DNA of 64,000 bases. Origin: an uncultured Aminicenantes bacterium (lineage in GTDB: Bacteria > Acidobacteriota > Aminicenantia > UBA2199). This document shows, piece after piece, positions 26,205 to 36,620 of the stretch (positions are counted from its first letter, which is position 1; each line of letters starts with the position of its first letter). The stretch covers positions 139,165 to 203,164 of the forward strand of contig CBDAFS010000062.1 of the NCBI GenBank assembly GCA_965195285.1, written 5' to 3'. Under the pieces are notes generated by a model. It had not been told where the DNA came from and searched no databases. It worked only from the letters and a program-made list of their open reading frames with translations. The position numbers and the translations under genes are program-made.

Positions 26205-27983
26205 TCAGTAATTGGCCAGCTCAAAGGCCATCAAATAGGTCAGCCGTGAATATTTCTGAATCAATTTCAGATCCACTTTTTCCATACTATCACTGGGTTC
26301 ATGGTAGTCCTCAGTGGTAGCGGCAAAACAGAAAACCCAGGGGACTCCCATTCCGGCAAAAGGGGCATGGTCTGATCCCCCACCCATGCGTGTTGATTTT
26401 CGACAGTAGATGGTCAGGCCCATATGCCGGTTACTGGCTTCAATGGCCTGGTTAAGTAGCATTGAATTAGCATCCATGACCAGGCTGATAAAGTTGTCCA
26501 AATTGATTTTTCCCAGAACCGATTCCGGGATTCCCAGTCTCCACATTTTATTTATTCTTTTGAGATTGCTTAGGGTCCAGGTGTGGCTGATCATATCCAG
26601 GTTCAGGCAGGCAACGGTTTTTTTCATGGAAAAGTAAGGATTCTGGACATAATAACGCGATCCTAACAATCCGGATTCCTCCCCGGTCCAGAGTGCAAAT
26701 AATACGGATCTCCGGGGCTTTATTTTATTTCTTGAAAAGGCCTCTGCAATCTCCATGACTGCCACCGAACCGGAACCATTGTCATCGGCTCCATTAAAAA
26801 TGTAATCTCCCTTCCGGCCCAGGTGATCCAGGTGGGCACCTATCACCACCACTTCATTCTTCAGTACAGGGTCAGAACCTTTAATAAAACCCAGAACATT
26901 GCGGCTTCTGACCAGGCGGATTTCTGCCCGATTTTCCAGTTTGACCGAAACCCCGACCAATTCTTGGGATTGAGGTATTAAGTGTTTTTCCATTCTGACT
27001 TTAACCTGATCCAGCTTCAATTTGCCAAATTCCAGGATAGCCTCTGCCATTTCCTGTGAAATTCGCACATAGGGCAGGGTCTCCCAGGGCATGGGGGTTG
27101 AAGACTGAATCAGGGAAAGTCGCTTACGGGTCCGTGAAAAAATTGGTTTTTCATCATCTTTTTTTCGGGAATCGATCACCTTTTTGGCCACATCACCGTT
27201 CTTCCGGGGGGAATTCTCCACCAGCAAAACAGCCAGGGCCCCTTTCTCCTTGGCCAGGGAAACCTTGGGTGACAACCGGTGCATTCGCCTCCTGGGCATG
27301 TATTTTTCCTTGTATTCAGCCTGATTGAACGGAGAATTCGAATCATTCACCCCGGGCATTTCGGTAAACATCATCACAATTTTCCCCCTGACATCGATGC
27401 CCCGGTATTCATCATACTTCAGTTTCTTTTCACTGATACCATACCCCACGAATACCACGGGGGCAGACAGGCTCCGGTTGTCCCTGGCATAATAGGAGTA
27501 ATCAACATCAGGCTGGAAAGTTCTGGTCTGGATTACGGACCCATCGGAATATCCGACCATCAATTGACTTGTGCTTTTTATAATTTCTTTCATCTGGATT
27601 TCCTGAAAATAACTTCTGCCCGGTTTGGGATTTCCAGCGCCGGAAAAAGAAACAGAAAGTCGATTGGCTGACACCGGATCCCCAGCCGGTTTGATACCCC
27701 AGAGCCTGAAAAAGGTGGCTGCAAATTCTGCTGCAATATCAAAACTGGCAGTGGCGGTTTCTCTGCCCTGTAAAAGATCCGAAGCCAGAAACCTCAGATA
27801 TGCCGCTGCCTCATCCAACCGAATGGAATTAAAACCCTCAAGCCGGTCATTGGGTACCGGCAATGGTTTTTCTATCACACAGAAATCCTGCCACATATCG
27901 GTTTTCTCCTTTTGCTGCTTTTCAATCGCGGGAATCCTCCCACTCAAGACCAAAATCAGGATAATCATCAACATTTTTTTCAT
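26205..27983 (-). CDS. M28 family metallopeptidase with PA domain
   Basis: GAHLDHLG, GADDNGSG, GEE, NLDM, SDH, DYH; GGAGG SD before ATG 27983. Confidence 0.9.
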   Translation of the reverse strand: MKKMLMIILILVLSGRIPAIEKQQKEKTDMWQDFCVIEKPLPVPNDRLEGFNSIRLDEAAAYLRFLASDLLQGRETATASFDIAAEFAATFFRLWGIKPAGDPVSANRLSVSFSGAGNPKPGRSYFQEIQMKEIIKSTSQLMVGYSDGSVIQTRTFQPDVDYSYYARDNRSLSAPVVFVGYGISEKKLKYDEYRGIDVRGKIVMMFTEMPGVNDSNSPFNQAEYKEKYMPRRRMHRLSPKVSLAKEKGALAVLLVENSPRKNGDVAKKVIDSRKKDDEKPIFSRTRKRLSLIQSSTPMPWETLPYVRISQEMAEAILEFGKLKLDQVKVRMEKHLIPQSQELVGVSVKLENRAEIRLVRSRNVLGFIKGSDPVLKNEVVVIGAHLDHLGRKGDYIFNGADDNGSGSVAVMEIAEAFSRNKIKPRRSVLFALWTGEESGLLGSRYYVQNPYFSMKKTVACLNLDMISHTWTLSNLKRINKMWRLGIPESVLGKINLDNFISLVMDANSMLLNQAIEASNRHMGLTIYCRKSTRMGGGSDHAPFAGMGVPWVFCFAATTEDYHEPSDSMEKVDLKLIQKYSRLTYLMAFELANY

Positions 27984-28071
27984 TAACTGCCTCCAGATAT
28001 GATTATACCTCAACCATCAAAATCTGCCAACAGGTCGATACCGATCACCACTGCCAAAAAAAACAAATGAT

Positions 28072-28100
28072 TTGACTTAAGACCCCATATCGATTATACT
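28072..28100 (+). promoter_or_regulatory. Sigma-70 promoter of the arcE-arcC operon
   Basis: TTGACT-N17-TATACT. Confidence 0.6.
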
Positions 28101-28147
28101 CATAATTTACGATCAAAAGTTCTTATTTGCCATAACAGGAGGAAAAC

Positions 28148-29461
28148 ATGCGTAACGCCTTGATAATGGGTGCAGCCGGACGTGACTTTCATAATTTTAA
28201 CACCTATTTCAGGAAAAACACAGAAATTAAGGTTGTCGCCTTTACAGCGACTCAAATTCCCAATATTGAAGGAAGAAAATATCCAAAAGAGCTGGCCGGG
28301 GAATTATATCCAGAGGGTATTGATATTTATCCGGAATCTGAATTGTTTGAATTGATTGAGAAATTTGATATTCAGGACGTTTATTTCTCCTACAGTGATG
28401 TTCCCTATTCCTATATTATGAATAAAGCGGCAGATGTGAATAAAGGCAGAACCAATTTTATTTTGTTGGGGTCTGAGGAAACCATGATAAAAAGTATCAA
28501 GCCGGTGGTTTCTGTTTGTGCAGTCAGAACCGGATGCGGAAAAAGCCAGACCACCCGAAAGGTTGGAGCCATACTGCAGGAAATGGGATACCGGGTGGCC
28601 GCTATCAGGCACCCCATGCCTTATGGAGATCTGGTCAAGCAAAAAGTTCAAAAATTCGAAACCGTTGCAGATCTGAAAAAACACAATTGTACCATCGAAG
28701 AAATGGAAGAATACGAGCCCCATATTGAAAAAGGCATCATTGTTTTTGCCGGGGTTGACTACGAAGCAATACTCAGAGAGGCCGAACAGGTCGCTGATAT
28801 TATCCTCTGGGATGGCGGGAATAATGATTTCCCCTTTTATAAACCCGACCTGGAAATCGTGGTGGTTGATCCCCATCGACCGGGACATGAGCTGTCTTAT
28901 TATCCGGGCGAAGTGAATTTCAAGCGGGCAGATATCATTGTAATCAATAAAATCGACACCGCCGATTTGGATAATATCCTTATCGTCAGAGAAAATATTC
29001 GCAATCACAATCCCGAAGCTGTTGTTGTGGATGCAGCCTCACCGGTATTCGTTAATCAGAGCGAAAAGATCAGAGGAAAAAGAGTGCTGGTCATAGAGGA
29101 CGGTCCAACCCTCACCCACGGGGAAATGAAATACGGAGCCGGAGTTATGGCCGCCTATAAATACGGGGCAGCCGAACTGATTGACCCGCGGCCTTTTGCA
29201 GTCGGATCCATTGCAGATACTTTTGTAAAATACCCTGAAATTGGCCCCTTACTTCCGGCCATGGGTTACGGCAGCCAGCAAATGCAAGATCTTGAAGCCA
29301 CCATTCACAAAGTGGAAGCGGATCTGGTAATCATTGCCACACCGATTGACCTGGGCCGTATTGTACAGTTCAAGAAACCCACAGTACGGGTTACCTATGA
29401 ACTGGATGAGATAGGTACCCCGAACTTAACAGAAATTCTATATAAAAAATTTAACAAATAA
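28148..29461 (+). CDS. arcE: cDPG-synthetase-like P-loop protein (COG2403), probable arginine synthetase
   Basis: MGAAGRDFHNFN, AVRTGCGKS P-loop, RHPMPYG, WDGGNND, EDGPT, PAMGY; adjacent to carbamate kinase. Confidence 0.7.
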   Translation: MRNALIMGAAGRDFHNFNTYFRKNTEIKVVAFTATQIPNIEGRKYPKELAGELYPEGIDIYPESELFELIEKFDIQDVYFSYSDVPYSYIMNKAADVNKGRTNFILLGSEETMIKSIKPVVSVCAVRTGCGKSQTTRKVGAILQEMGYRVAAIRHPMPYGDLVKQKVQKFETVADLKKHNCTIEEMEEYEPHIEKGIIVFAGVDYEAILREAEQVADIILWDGGNNDFPFYKPDLEIVVVDPHRPGHELSYYPGEVNFKRADIIVINKIDTADLDNILIVRENIRNHNPEAVVVDAASPVFVNQSEKIRGKRVLVIEDGPTLTHGEMKYGAGVMAAYKYGAAELIDPRPFAVGSIADTFVKYPEIGPLLPAMGYGSQQMQDLEATIHKVEADLVIIATPIDLGRIVQFKKPTVRVTYELDEIGTPNLTEILYKKFNK

Positions 29462-29516
29462 TCTGAATATTCCCACTAAGAAATTTTTTCTTGGATATTT
29501 AATAAGGAGATGGATA

Positions 29517-30464
29517 TTGAAAAACAAACTGGCTTTAATTGCTTTTGGCGGTAATGTCATGCTTCCTGCTCATAGCAGGGGCAGTGCCAGAGAGCAGTAT
29601 CAAAATGCCAAAAAAGCAGCCAGACTGATGGTCAATATCATCAACAAGGGATACGAACTCATTATCGTGCACGGAAACGGACCACAGGTGGGTAATATCC
29701 TGATTCAGATGGAATCAGCTTCCAATATCATCCCCCCTTTTCCAATTGATGTTTGTGATGCCATGACCGAAGGCAGCATGGGATACCTGCTGGAAAAAGC
29801 CATACTGAATGAACTTAGAAAGCATTCCATTGACAAAGAGGTGGTCACCATTCTGACCCAGGTCATTGTTTCCAAGGAAGATAAAGCATTTGAAAAAGCC
29901 TCGAAACCTGTTGGCCCCTTTTATAATCCCTTCAGATCCCAGCAGCTCATCAAAGAGCGAAAGTGGGAAATGCAAGAAGATGCAGGCAGGGGGTTTAGAA
30001 GGGTTGTCTCCTCTCCCAAGCCAATTGATATCGTTCCCAAAAAATCCATTCGAACCATGGTTGAAAACGGTATCGTGGTCATTGCAGCGGGAGGGGGCGG
30101 TATCCCCGTCTATATCAATTCGATGGGGTATATTGACGGCGTGGAGGCAGTTATTGACAAAGACCATGCCTCTTCCCTTATCGCCAGGGAGGCCGGGGTT
30201 GATCTTTTCATCATTCTAACCGGGGTAGACCGGGTATTCAGGAATTTCGGAGAAAAAAACCAGGAACCCATTAAAACAATGGATATTCATGAAGCAACCA
30301 GAATGCTGGATGCGGGTCAATTCCCCCCTGGCTCAATGGGACCCAAAATTCAGGCTGCTATCGATTATATCAAAGGAGGAGGCAAAGAAGTCATCATCAC
30401 TACCACAGAAAAGTTGAAAGCAGCATTAATTGGCCGATCAGGCACCAGAATTGTACAGGCTTAG
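29517..30464 (+). CDS. arcC: Carbamate kinase
   Basis: FGGN, HGNGPQVG, GGGGIPV, EAVIDKD, GSMGPK; TTG start with AGGAG SD. Confidence 0.95.
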   Translation: MKNKLALIAFGGNVMLPAHSRGSAREQYQNAKKAARLMVNIINKGYELIIVHGNGPQVGNILIQMESASNIIPPFPIDVCDAMTEGSMGYLLEKAILNELRKHSIDKEVVTILTQVIVSKEDKAFEKASKPVGPFYNPFRSQQLIKERKWEMQEDAGRGFRRVVSSPKPIDIVPKKSIRTMVENGIVVIAAGGGGIPVYINSMGYIDGVEAVIDKDHASSLIAREAGVDLFIILTGVDRVFRNFGEKNQEPIKTMDIHEATRMLDAGQFPPGSMGPKIQAAIDYIKGGGKEVIITTTEKLKAALIGRSGTRIVQA

Positions 30465-30485
30465 GTGCGATGTAAGGAGTATAAT

Positions 30486-32729
30486 GTGGACGTAAATCTA
30501 AACATTGAAAAAAAAGATATTGATTTTATCAGAGATTTTTTGAAGGGTAAATTAAAACCGGTTGAAATGGATGAGGCTGTCCATAAACTCGCCTTATATA
30601 AAACTCGGGACAAAAGAGAAAATATCGTCAAAATATACAATCCCAACTGTGAATACCAGGTAGGTGATCTGATATATAAAGAATATCCGGGTAAAATCCC
30701 CATTGGTTCAAAAAAATGCATTGAAATGGACCGAGGTGTGGTTTTAAAAGTAACCGCGGTATGGAACCGTTTTGGAATTGAGGAGATCAAACTGGGTTAT
30801 GAAGGGACATCGGATTTCAAAAAGTACACCGATTATCTGCAGAGACAAAAAATTGAACTTCTATTACCCCACAAACAGAGCAAACCCTGTGAAAAAGTTG
30901 AATGTCTAGAGTCAGAATTGGACCCCAGGAAAACACTGGATCCCCTGGTAAAAAAAGACTCCATAGTTCTGAAGAAGAAAGTGCTGACCGCCATTCATAA
31001 AGAAAATGACATCTCCCTGATTTGTGAAAAGATGCTGCTTTCTAAAAACATGATTGATATAAAGCCTGAAGTATTCAACAAGGTAAAAGATTTTTTAAAG
31101 GAAAGTAAAAAATCCGAAAGTACGGAATTTTTGGTAGAACATTTTTTGAATATAAAAACTGCCGACCCGAAATTCGATTCCTATTGCTTCGCCCTGAATT
31201 TCCGCATGAAACAGGATTATAAAATCGATTTTCAGCAAACCACATCAAAGGGCTGGGGGAAATGGAATCTCATCTCAGTCATATATTATCTGAAAAAAAA
31301 TTCCGTGGTCAGTGAAGAAAATCCATTGGTAGAAACGGTATCCTTCGAAAACAAGAAGAACCTGAGCCAGAGAAGAAAAAAATTCGAAGATCATATTTTT
31401 GATAATGACAGCAAAAAACACTACCTGACCCAGAGAGAAATCTATTCAGGGGCATTGAAATTGAAATCCGGTATTTACCACTTCAGAGATTCCATAGAGA
31501 TAGAGGTGTTGGATTCCCAGACAAAAAAATCCCACCTCCTTTATTATTACCATGATGTAAATCTGATTCTGGGATTCAAAGAAGTATATGACAGTTACAA
31601 AGCAGTCCAGGGAATGAACCTGTCATTTGAGCAAATAGGTGAGGATAAATTCCAATTTAATATTCGGACCACCAAAAAGGGAACCATTGCCAACAATATC
31701 ACCTATTCGCTTGTGAATAAAACCTTTCAGGCAACCGAAGAAAAAATTGCCTCCCCGGTTTTTGCAAATAAGTCATTGTTTCTGGAATCCGATGTATTCA
31801 ATACCATAGAATTGAAGATAGATGAGTACAAAAATATCGCAACTTTGAATAAATTGATCCATAAAATATTCCTTGACTTCGGCCACAAGGAAAAAAATTA
31901 TGAAATTCACATTCTCAGGCTTTACCATATTCTGGATTTGATTTATCCCATAAACCTGAAACTTGTCGAAGAGGTTATCCTGAGCAATCCGGAATTCATT
32001 CAATCGGAAAAAATCGTGGACATCTTTTATCTGGATTCAGATGCGGTTATTGAAATCGAAGAGGAGGAGCACCAGAGACGTGAGATTTTAATTGAAGAAG
32101 CTCAGAAAAAACGCGAATCGATCAGACAAGATAAAATGAAAGAAGATCAGCAAGTCCAGGAAGAAATCAGACTGAAGCGAGAAGAACACCGGCAGAAGAG
32201 AGAAGGTGAAATGTGGATGAAGGAAAAACTGAAGGAAGAGAAGGAGAAGATAAAAGCACGAGAAATCCGGGATAAAACGAAACCAAAAAGCAAGGGAACT
32301 CAGAGAAAACCGGAAAGCGAATACCATCGCGACGATATAAGGAAAAAATCCCCAGCCGCCTTCAGACCCAAGGCAGCCCCGACTGATCATTTATCGGATC
32401 TGGATTCGGAAAAAAAACCCAGCGGGAAAAAGGGTTATTCTAAAAAATACAAGAAAAAGATCGATATTGAAAAGCCACTCCTATCCAAAAAGAAAATTGA
32501 TAAAAAATCCAAAGATGACCAGATGGATATTGATGAGATCAAAAGTGAAATCAAGCTGGAAGAATTGAAGGAAAAAGTTCTGGACAAAAAGGATACCAAG
32601 AAAAAGAGAAAAAAGGAAAAAGAAATTGCCTATAAAGACAATGGTGGCTTTGAGGGAATCCTGGCTTCAAAACTGGATAAGATTGTTCAGAAAGAGAAAA
32701 AAACAAAAACCAAGAAAAAATCCAAATGA
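30486..32729 (+). CDS. Large hypothetical multidomain protein with charged C-terminal tail
   Basis: ~750-aa ORF; AAGGAG SD before GTG 30486; ATGA overlap with nnr. Confidence 0.75.
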   Translation: MDVNLNIEKKDIDFIRDFLKGKLKPVEMDEAVHKLALYKTRDKRENIVKIYNPNCEYQVGDLIYKEYPGKIPIGSKKCIEMDRGVVLKVTAVWNRFGIEEIKLGYEGTSDFKKYTDYLQRQKIELLLPHKQSKPCEKVECLESELDPRKTLDPLVKKDSIVLKKKVLTAIHKENDISLICEKMLLSKNMIDIKPEVFNKVKDFLKESKKSESTEFLVEHFLNIKTADPKFDSYCFALNFRMKQDYKIDFQQTTSKGWGKWNLISVIYYLKKNSVVSEENPLVETVSFENKKNLSQRRKKFEDHIFDNDSKKHYLTQREIYSGALKLKSGIYHFRDSIEIEVLDSQTKKSHLLYYYHDVNLILGFKEVYDSYKAVQGMNLSFEQIGEDKFQFNIRTTKKGTIANNITYSLVNKTFQATEEKIASPVFANKSLFLESDVFNTIELKIDEYKNIATLNKLIHKIFLDFGHKEKNYEIHILRLYHILDLIYPINLKLVEEVILSNPEFIQSEKIVDIFYLDSDAVIEIEEEEHQRREILIEEAQKKRESIRQDKMKEDQQVQEEIRLKREEHRQKREGEMWMKEKLKEEKEKIKAREIRDKTKPKSKGTQRKPESEYHRDDIRKKSPAAFRPKAAPTDHLSDLDSEKKPSGKKGYSKKYKKKIDIEKPLLSKKKIDKKSKDDQMDIDEIKSEIKLEELKEKVLDKKDTKKKRKKEKEIAYKDNGGFEGILASKLDKIVQKEKKTKTKKKSK

Positions 32730-34291
32730 AGATATTATATGCCGAATGGATGAAGGAGCTGGATACCCGGGCCATCCATGAGATTGGAATACCATCAATC
32801 GTTTTAATGGAAAATGCCTCACAAGCAGCCGCTCGGGTAATTGCCAGAACCTTTCCCCAACCTGAATATAAAAATGCCCTTATCATTGTCGGTAAGGGAA
32901 ACAACGGGGGGGATGGGATTGCCTGCGGGCGAATACTATGGCAAAAGGGCTATGGAGTGGAGTTTATTCTGCTTTCCGCTCCCGGTCAATTGAATCCAGA
33001 TCCAAAAACTAATTTTCAGATCATCAAAAATTTAAACCTCACATTTCGGATACTGAAAACAGATGATGATCTCCGAAAACGGCTTGAACAGTACAACCCG
33101 CAAGATACATTTATTATCGATTCCATTTTCGGAACCGGTATCAATCAACCAATTAACGATGATTTTTATTCCCCGCTGATCCGCCTGGTCAATGAATCCG
33201 GATTCAAAACCGTTTCAATTGATGTTCCTTCCGGTCTGTCAGAGAATTTTCTTCCCGATCAGAGTGATCATATTCGGGCCGCTCATACGATAACCTTCCT
33301 GTGCCCCAAAATATCCCATTTCTATCCGGATGGGAACAAGTACTGCGGCAATCTGGAGATTGTGGATATCGGGATTCCCCGTTCCCTACTGGAAAATGAA
33401 AAATATTATATCCAATTGATTCAACCAGAAGATTTCAAGGCATTACTCAAAACCAGAGAAATTGATTCTCACAAAGGTCATTATGGTCACTGTCTGAACA
33501 TATCCGGTTCCCTGGAAAAACCCGGTGCCGGTATATTGAGCTCCTATGCCATCCTCAGAGCCGGAGCCGGGCTGTGTACCATCGCCACCGATGAGCAAAA
33601 TCGGACCCTGGCCGTACAGGCCCATCCCGAAATAATGACATTGCTGTATAAAAAGTTGGATGACATCATCAAGAGATTGGATGAATTCAACTGTATCCTG
33701 ATGGGACCCGGCCTGGGAAACACCAAACAAACCTATGACATGACCACCCGGTTTATCCAGTATGCCAAGGTTCCCATTATCCTGGACGCTGATTCTATCA
33801 ACATTTTTCAGATGGGTAAAGATTTTTTAAAAGTCAAAAGGGACTTCCCGATTATTCTTACCCCTCATCCGGGTGAATTTTCCAGGTTGACCGGAATTTC
33901 AATCAAGGAGATCCAGAAAAACAGAATCCGGCTAAGCCGGGAATTCGCCGCAGACTATAATGTGGTTGTAATATTAAAGGGACACCACACGGTTATCGCC
34001 ACCCCCCAGGGACGTGTATTCATCAATGAAACCGGCAATGCCGGAATGGCCAGCGCAGGCAGCGGAGATGTTCTGGCCGGATTGATATCGGGAATGATCG
34101 CCCAGTTCTACAACCATCATGACCTGGATACCATACTCCAGGCTGCAGTGTTTCTACACGGATTTGCCGCGGACCTGGCAACCAGGCAAACCGGTGAGAT
34201 AGGATTGACCGCTACGGATATTTTAAATTTCATTCCCCGGGCATTCATAAACCTCGATGAATTTAAAACTCAATTCCCCTTCTCCGGATAA
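32726..34291 (+). CDS. nnr: Bifunctional NAD(P)H-hydrate epimerase/dehydratase
   Basis: LMENA, GKGNNGGDG, DVPSG, SHKG, GPGLG, TPHPGE, AGSGDVL. Confidence 0.93.
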   Translation: MKILYAEWMKELDTRAIHEIGIPSIVLMENASQAAARVIARTFPQPEYKNALIIVGKGNNGGDGIACGRILWQKGYGVEFILLSAPGQLNPDPKTNFQIIKNLNLTFRILKTDDDLRKRLEQYNPQDTFIIDSIFGTGINQPINDDFYSPLIRLVNESGFKTVSIDVPSGLSENFLPDQSDHIRAAHTITFLCPKISHFYPDGNKYCGNLEIVDIGIPRSLLENEKYYIQLIQPEDFKALLKTREIDSHKGHYGHCLNISGSLEKPGAGILSSYAILRAGAGLCTIATDEQNRTLAVQAHPEIMTLLYKKLDDIIKRLDEFNCILMGPGLGNTKQTYDMTTRFIQYAKVPIILDADSINIFQMGKDFLKVKRDFPIILTPHPGEFSRLTGISIKEIQKNRIRLSREFAADYNVVVILKGHHTVIATPQGRVFINETGNAGMASAGSGDVLAGLISGMIAQFYNHHDLDTILQAAVFLHGFAADLATRQTGEIGLTATDILNFIPRAFINLDEFKTQFPFSG

Positions 34292-34754
34292 TACGTTTGA
34301 TATCGGAAAAAAACTTGGCCTCCAATTAAGGGGAAAGGAATTGATTCTCCTGATCGGTGAGCTGGGAGCCGGGAAAACCCTGATGACCAAGGGCATTGCC
34401 AGCTCTCTGGGGGTCAATCCCAATGAAATCGTCAGCCCTACCTTCACCCTGATGAATCAGTTTGAATATTCTTCGGAAACCCAAAAGGAGAGAGAGGGAT
34501 CAATCGCCTATTTTATTCATTTCGATTGTTACCGGTTTGCCGACCGGGGCAATACCGGGGAAAAACCCCGGGGGCCGGGACTCATTGTTCCGGAGATCGA
34601 CGAATGGATCGATGAAGCCATTGTGGCAGTAGAGTGGGCCCAGTATTTGCATCCCAGCTATTTTTCCCTGCCCCGGTCCATCCGGGTATCCATTGAAATC
34701 AAAACCCACCAGACTCGCAACATCACCATCGAATCCGCCCTGGATTACCTTTAA
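34257..34754 (+). CDS. tsaE: tRNA threonylcarbamoyladenosine ATPase TsaE
   Basis: GELGAGKT, SPTF, HFDCYR, VEW; follows nnr as usual. Confidence 0.9.
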   Translation: MNLKLNSPSPDNTFDIGKKLGLQLRGKELILLIGELGAGKTLMTKGIASSLGVNPNEIVSPTFTLMNQFEYSSETQKEREGSIAYFIHFDCYRFADRGNTGEKPRGPGLIVPEIDEWIDEAIVAVEWAQYLHPSYFSLPRSIRVSIEIKTHQTRNITIESALDYL

Positions 34755-35386
34755 TAGGTTTCCAGGATTTCACCCCTTGCTTTTCGATTTGTTTTGGATA
34801 CCGAATAAGCGGCATGGGTTTTAAAAAGCCATTGATGCAGTTCTTTCAGGGAGTGAATCTTTTTCTGGGTTTTCAGAAATTGAGCCAGGCTCTTCTTCTC
34901 TTTTTCCTGTCTGGCCCGGAGGGCATCCCGGGGAATTCCCCTGTCAGGTACCGAATCAAAAAAAAGCTGATAGGCGTGAACGCCAGTATCCAGGCTGAAT
35001 ATCCAGCGGAAAATGGATTCCGTTCTGGGCATGTGAAAATTTGAAGTGATGACTAATATCCGTTTGAAATTTGCCGGATCCACGTGAATTACCCGGGCAA
35101 AGTAGGCATTGCCTATGGTATCGTAGGAACAGGTTTCGGTGAAAATTCTCCGGGGATCCATTCCCTTGCCGATCAAGTATCGGGAAGCAGCCAGGGATTC
35201 AAAAACCGGAAAGCCCTCTTCATTCAAAGGCGGAGGCCGATGTACGGTACCGGCACTCAGTGCAATGACCGGCTCATTTTTACTAATTTGAACTGCACGG
35301 TCGAGTCTCACCTTTGTCCAGGGGGGAACTTCTCCGCCTGCCCTTACACCCCCGCCCGGAACCAATATCACATCAAATTTTGTCAT
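34751..35386 (-). CDS. YdcF/DUF218 family protein
   Basis: VPGGG, RLD, ETCSYDTIGNA, TSNFHMPR. Confidence 0.8.
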   Translation of the reverse strand: MTKFDVILVPGGGVRAGGEVPPWTKVRLDRAVQISKNEPVIALSAGTVHRPPPLNEEGFPVFESLAASRYLIGKGMDPRRIFTETCSYDTIGNAYFARVIHVDPANFKRILVITSNFHMPRTESIFRWIFSLDTGVHAYQLFFDSVPDRGIPRDALRARQEKEKKSLAQFLKTQKKIHSLKELHQWLFKTHAAYSVSKTNRKARGEILETY

Positions 35387-35584
35387 TTCTACTTTCCCTT
35401 TTAATCATTTTACTTTCAGGTTAAAACCTGATCGATCCATAAAACCATATGATACCCGATCACCATTATTTTTTCCATTTGAAACATTGACACAATTTCA
35501 TGATTTCTTTTGATTTTTAAGTAAAAATGGTATACAATTCAACAATCATATTTTATTTTATTTAAATTTTAAGGAGCTATTCAC

Positions 35585-36601
35585 ATGAAAAAAATCATTA
35601 TTATATTAATACTATTACTACTGGTTGTCGCCGTTTATGCCAAAAAAATCGCTCAACTGCCCGAGCTGATGAAACCCGATCAGATAGATGTGGGTAAAGA
35701 CCAGTTGTTTGTGTCCGAAGGGACAACGATTTATATCTATTCGCTCAAAGATTTTTCCCTGTTAAAAAAGTTCGGAAAGGCCGGTGAAGGACCGCGGGAA
35801 TTCAAGGTGAATCCATTTGGGCCACCAATGGTAATTGCAGTAATAAACGATAAATTCTGGGTGTCCAGCGACACCAAACTGAGTACCTGGACCCTGGATG
35901 GTGATTTTATCAAAGAAATAAAGGTCCCTCCCTTTCAGGTTTTTTTTCCAGCCAAAGACAAATATGTTGCCAGCGGTTCATCCGAGGGAAAGAATGGAAA
36001 AACCTATTTGAACATTGGTCTCTACGATCAGAAAATGAAAATAATCAAGGAGCTTTATCAATCAGATATGGAAGTCGGCCCGAATTTTTCCTGGAATTTT
36101 CCCATGGGTGCTTTCAGCTTCCAGTTTTTCAAAAATAATGTTTATCTCGTTGCCACTAAGGAAGGCTTTGTCATTTACATTTTTGATTTGCAGGGTAAAA
36201 AAATTCATGAGATAAAAAAGAAATATCAGCTGCTGAAGGTACCTTCTTCTTACAAAACTGAAATACTGAACTGGTTTCAAACCAATCCCAATTTCAAACA
36301 ATTTTACGAATTCTTCAAACAGCGACTTTCTTTTCGAGGCCATTTCCCAGCCATTCAATGGGTGCTGGTGAATGATGACAGAATTTATGTCATGACCTTT
36401 AAACAAAAAGATGGGCAAACAGAATGTATAATCCTGGATTTAAAGGGCAAAGAATTAAAGAGAACATATGTACCGCTGACTGGTATCAGGGGAAATACAT
36501 TTGATTTCCCGGCTTTCACAATTGTTAATCAAACCTTCTATACCCTTATTGAAAATGAAGATGAAGAGATCTGGGAACTTCATCGGGTGGACCTGAAATA
36601 A
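35585..36601 (+). CDS. Secreted beta-propeller-like hypothetical protein
   Basis: Signal peptide; FGKAGEGPREF motif; repeated D-L-x-G blades; TTGATT-N17-TACAAT promoter. Confidence 0.7.
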   Translation: MKKIIIILILLLLVVAVYAKKIAQLPELMKPDQIDVGKDQLFVSEGTTIYIYSLKDFSLLKKFGKAGEGPREFKVNPFGPPMVIAVINDKFWVSSDTKLSTWTLDGDFIKEIKVPPFQVFFPAKDKYVASGSSEGKNGKTYLNIGLYDQKMKIIKELYQSDMEVGPNFSWNFPMGAFSFQFFKNNVYLVATKEGFVIYIFDLQGKKIHEIKKKYQLLKVPSSYKTEILNWFQTNPNFKQFYEFFKQRLSFRGHFPAIQWVLVNDDRIYVMTFKQKDGQTECIILDLKGKELKRTYVPLTGIRGNTFDFPAFTIVNQTFYTLIENEDEEIWELHRVDLK

Positions 36602-36620
36602 CCTTGAATTCCCCTCGATG

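Noticed and set aside
28304-29008. 234-aa antisense ORF
   Set aside because: Shadow of arcE on the opposite strand with no recognisable motifs
28148-29461. Annotation as cyclic 2,3-diphosphoglycerate synthetase
   Set aside because: No 2-phosphoglycerate kinase nearby; carbamate kinase context favours arginine synthetase
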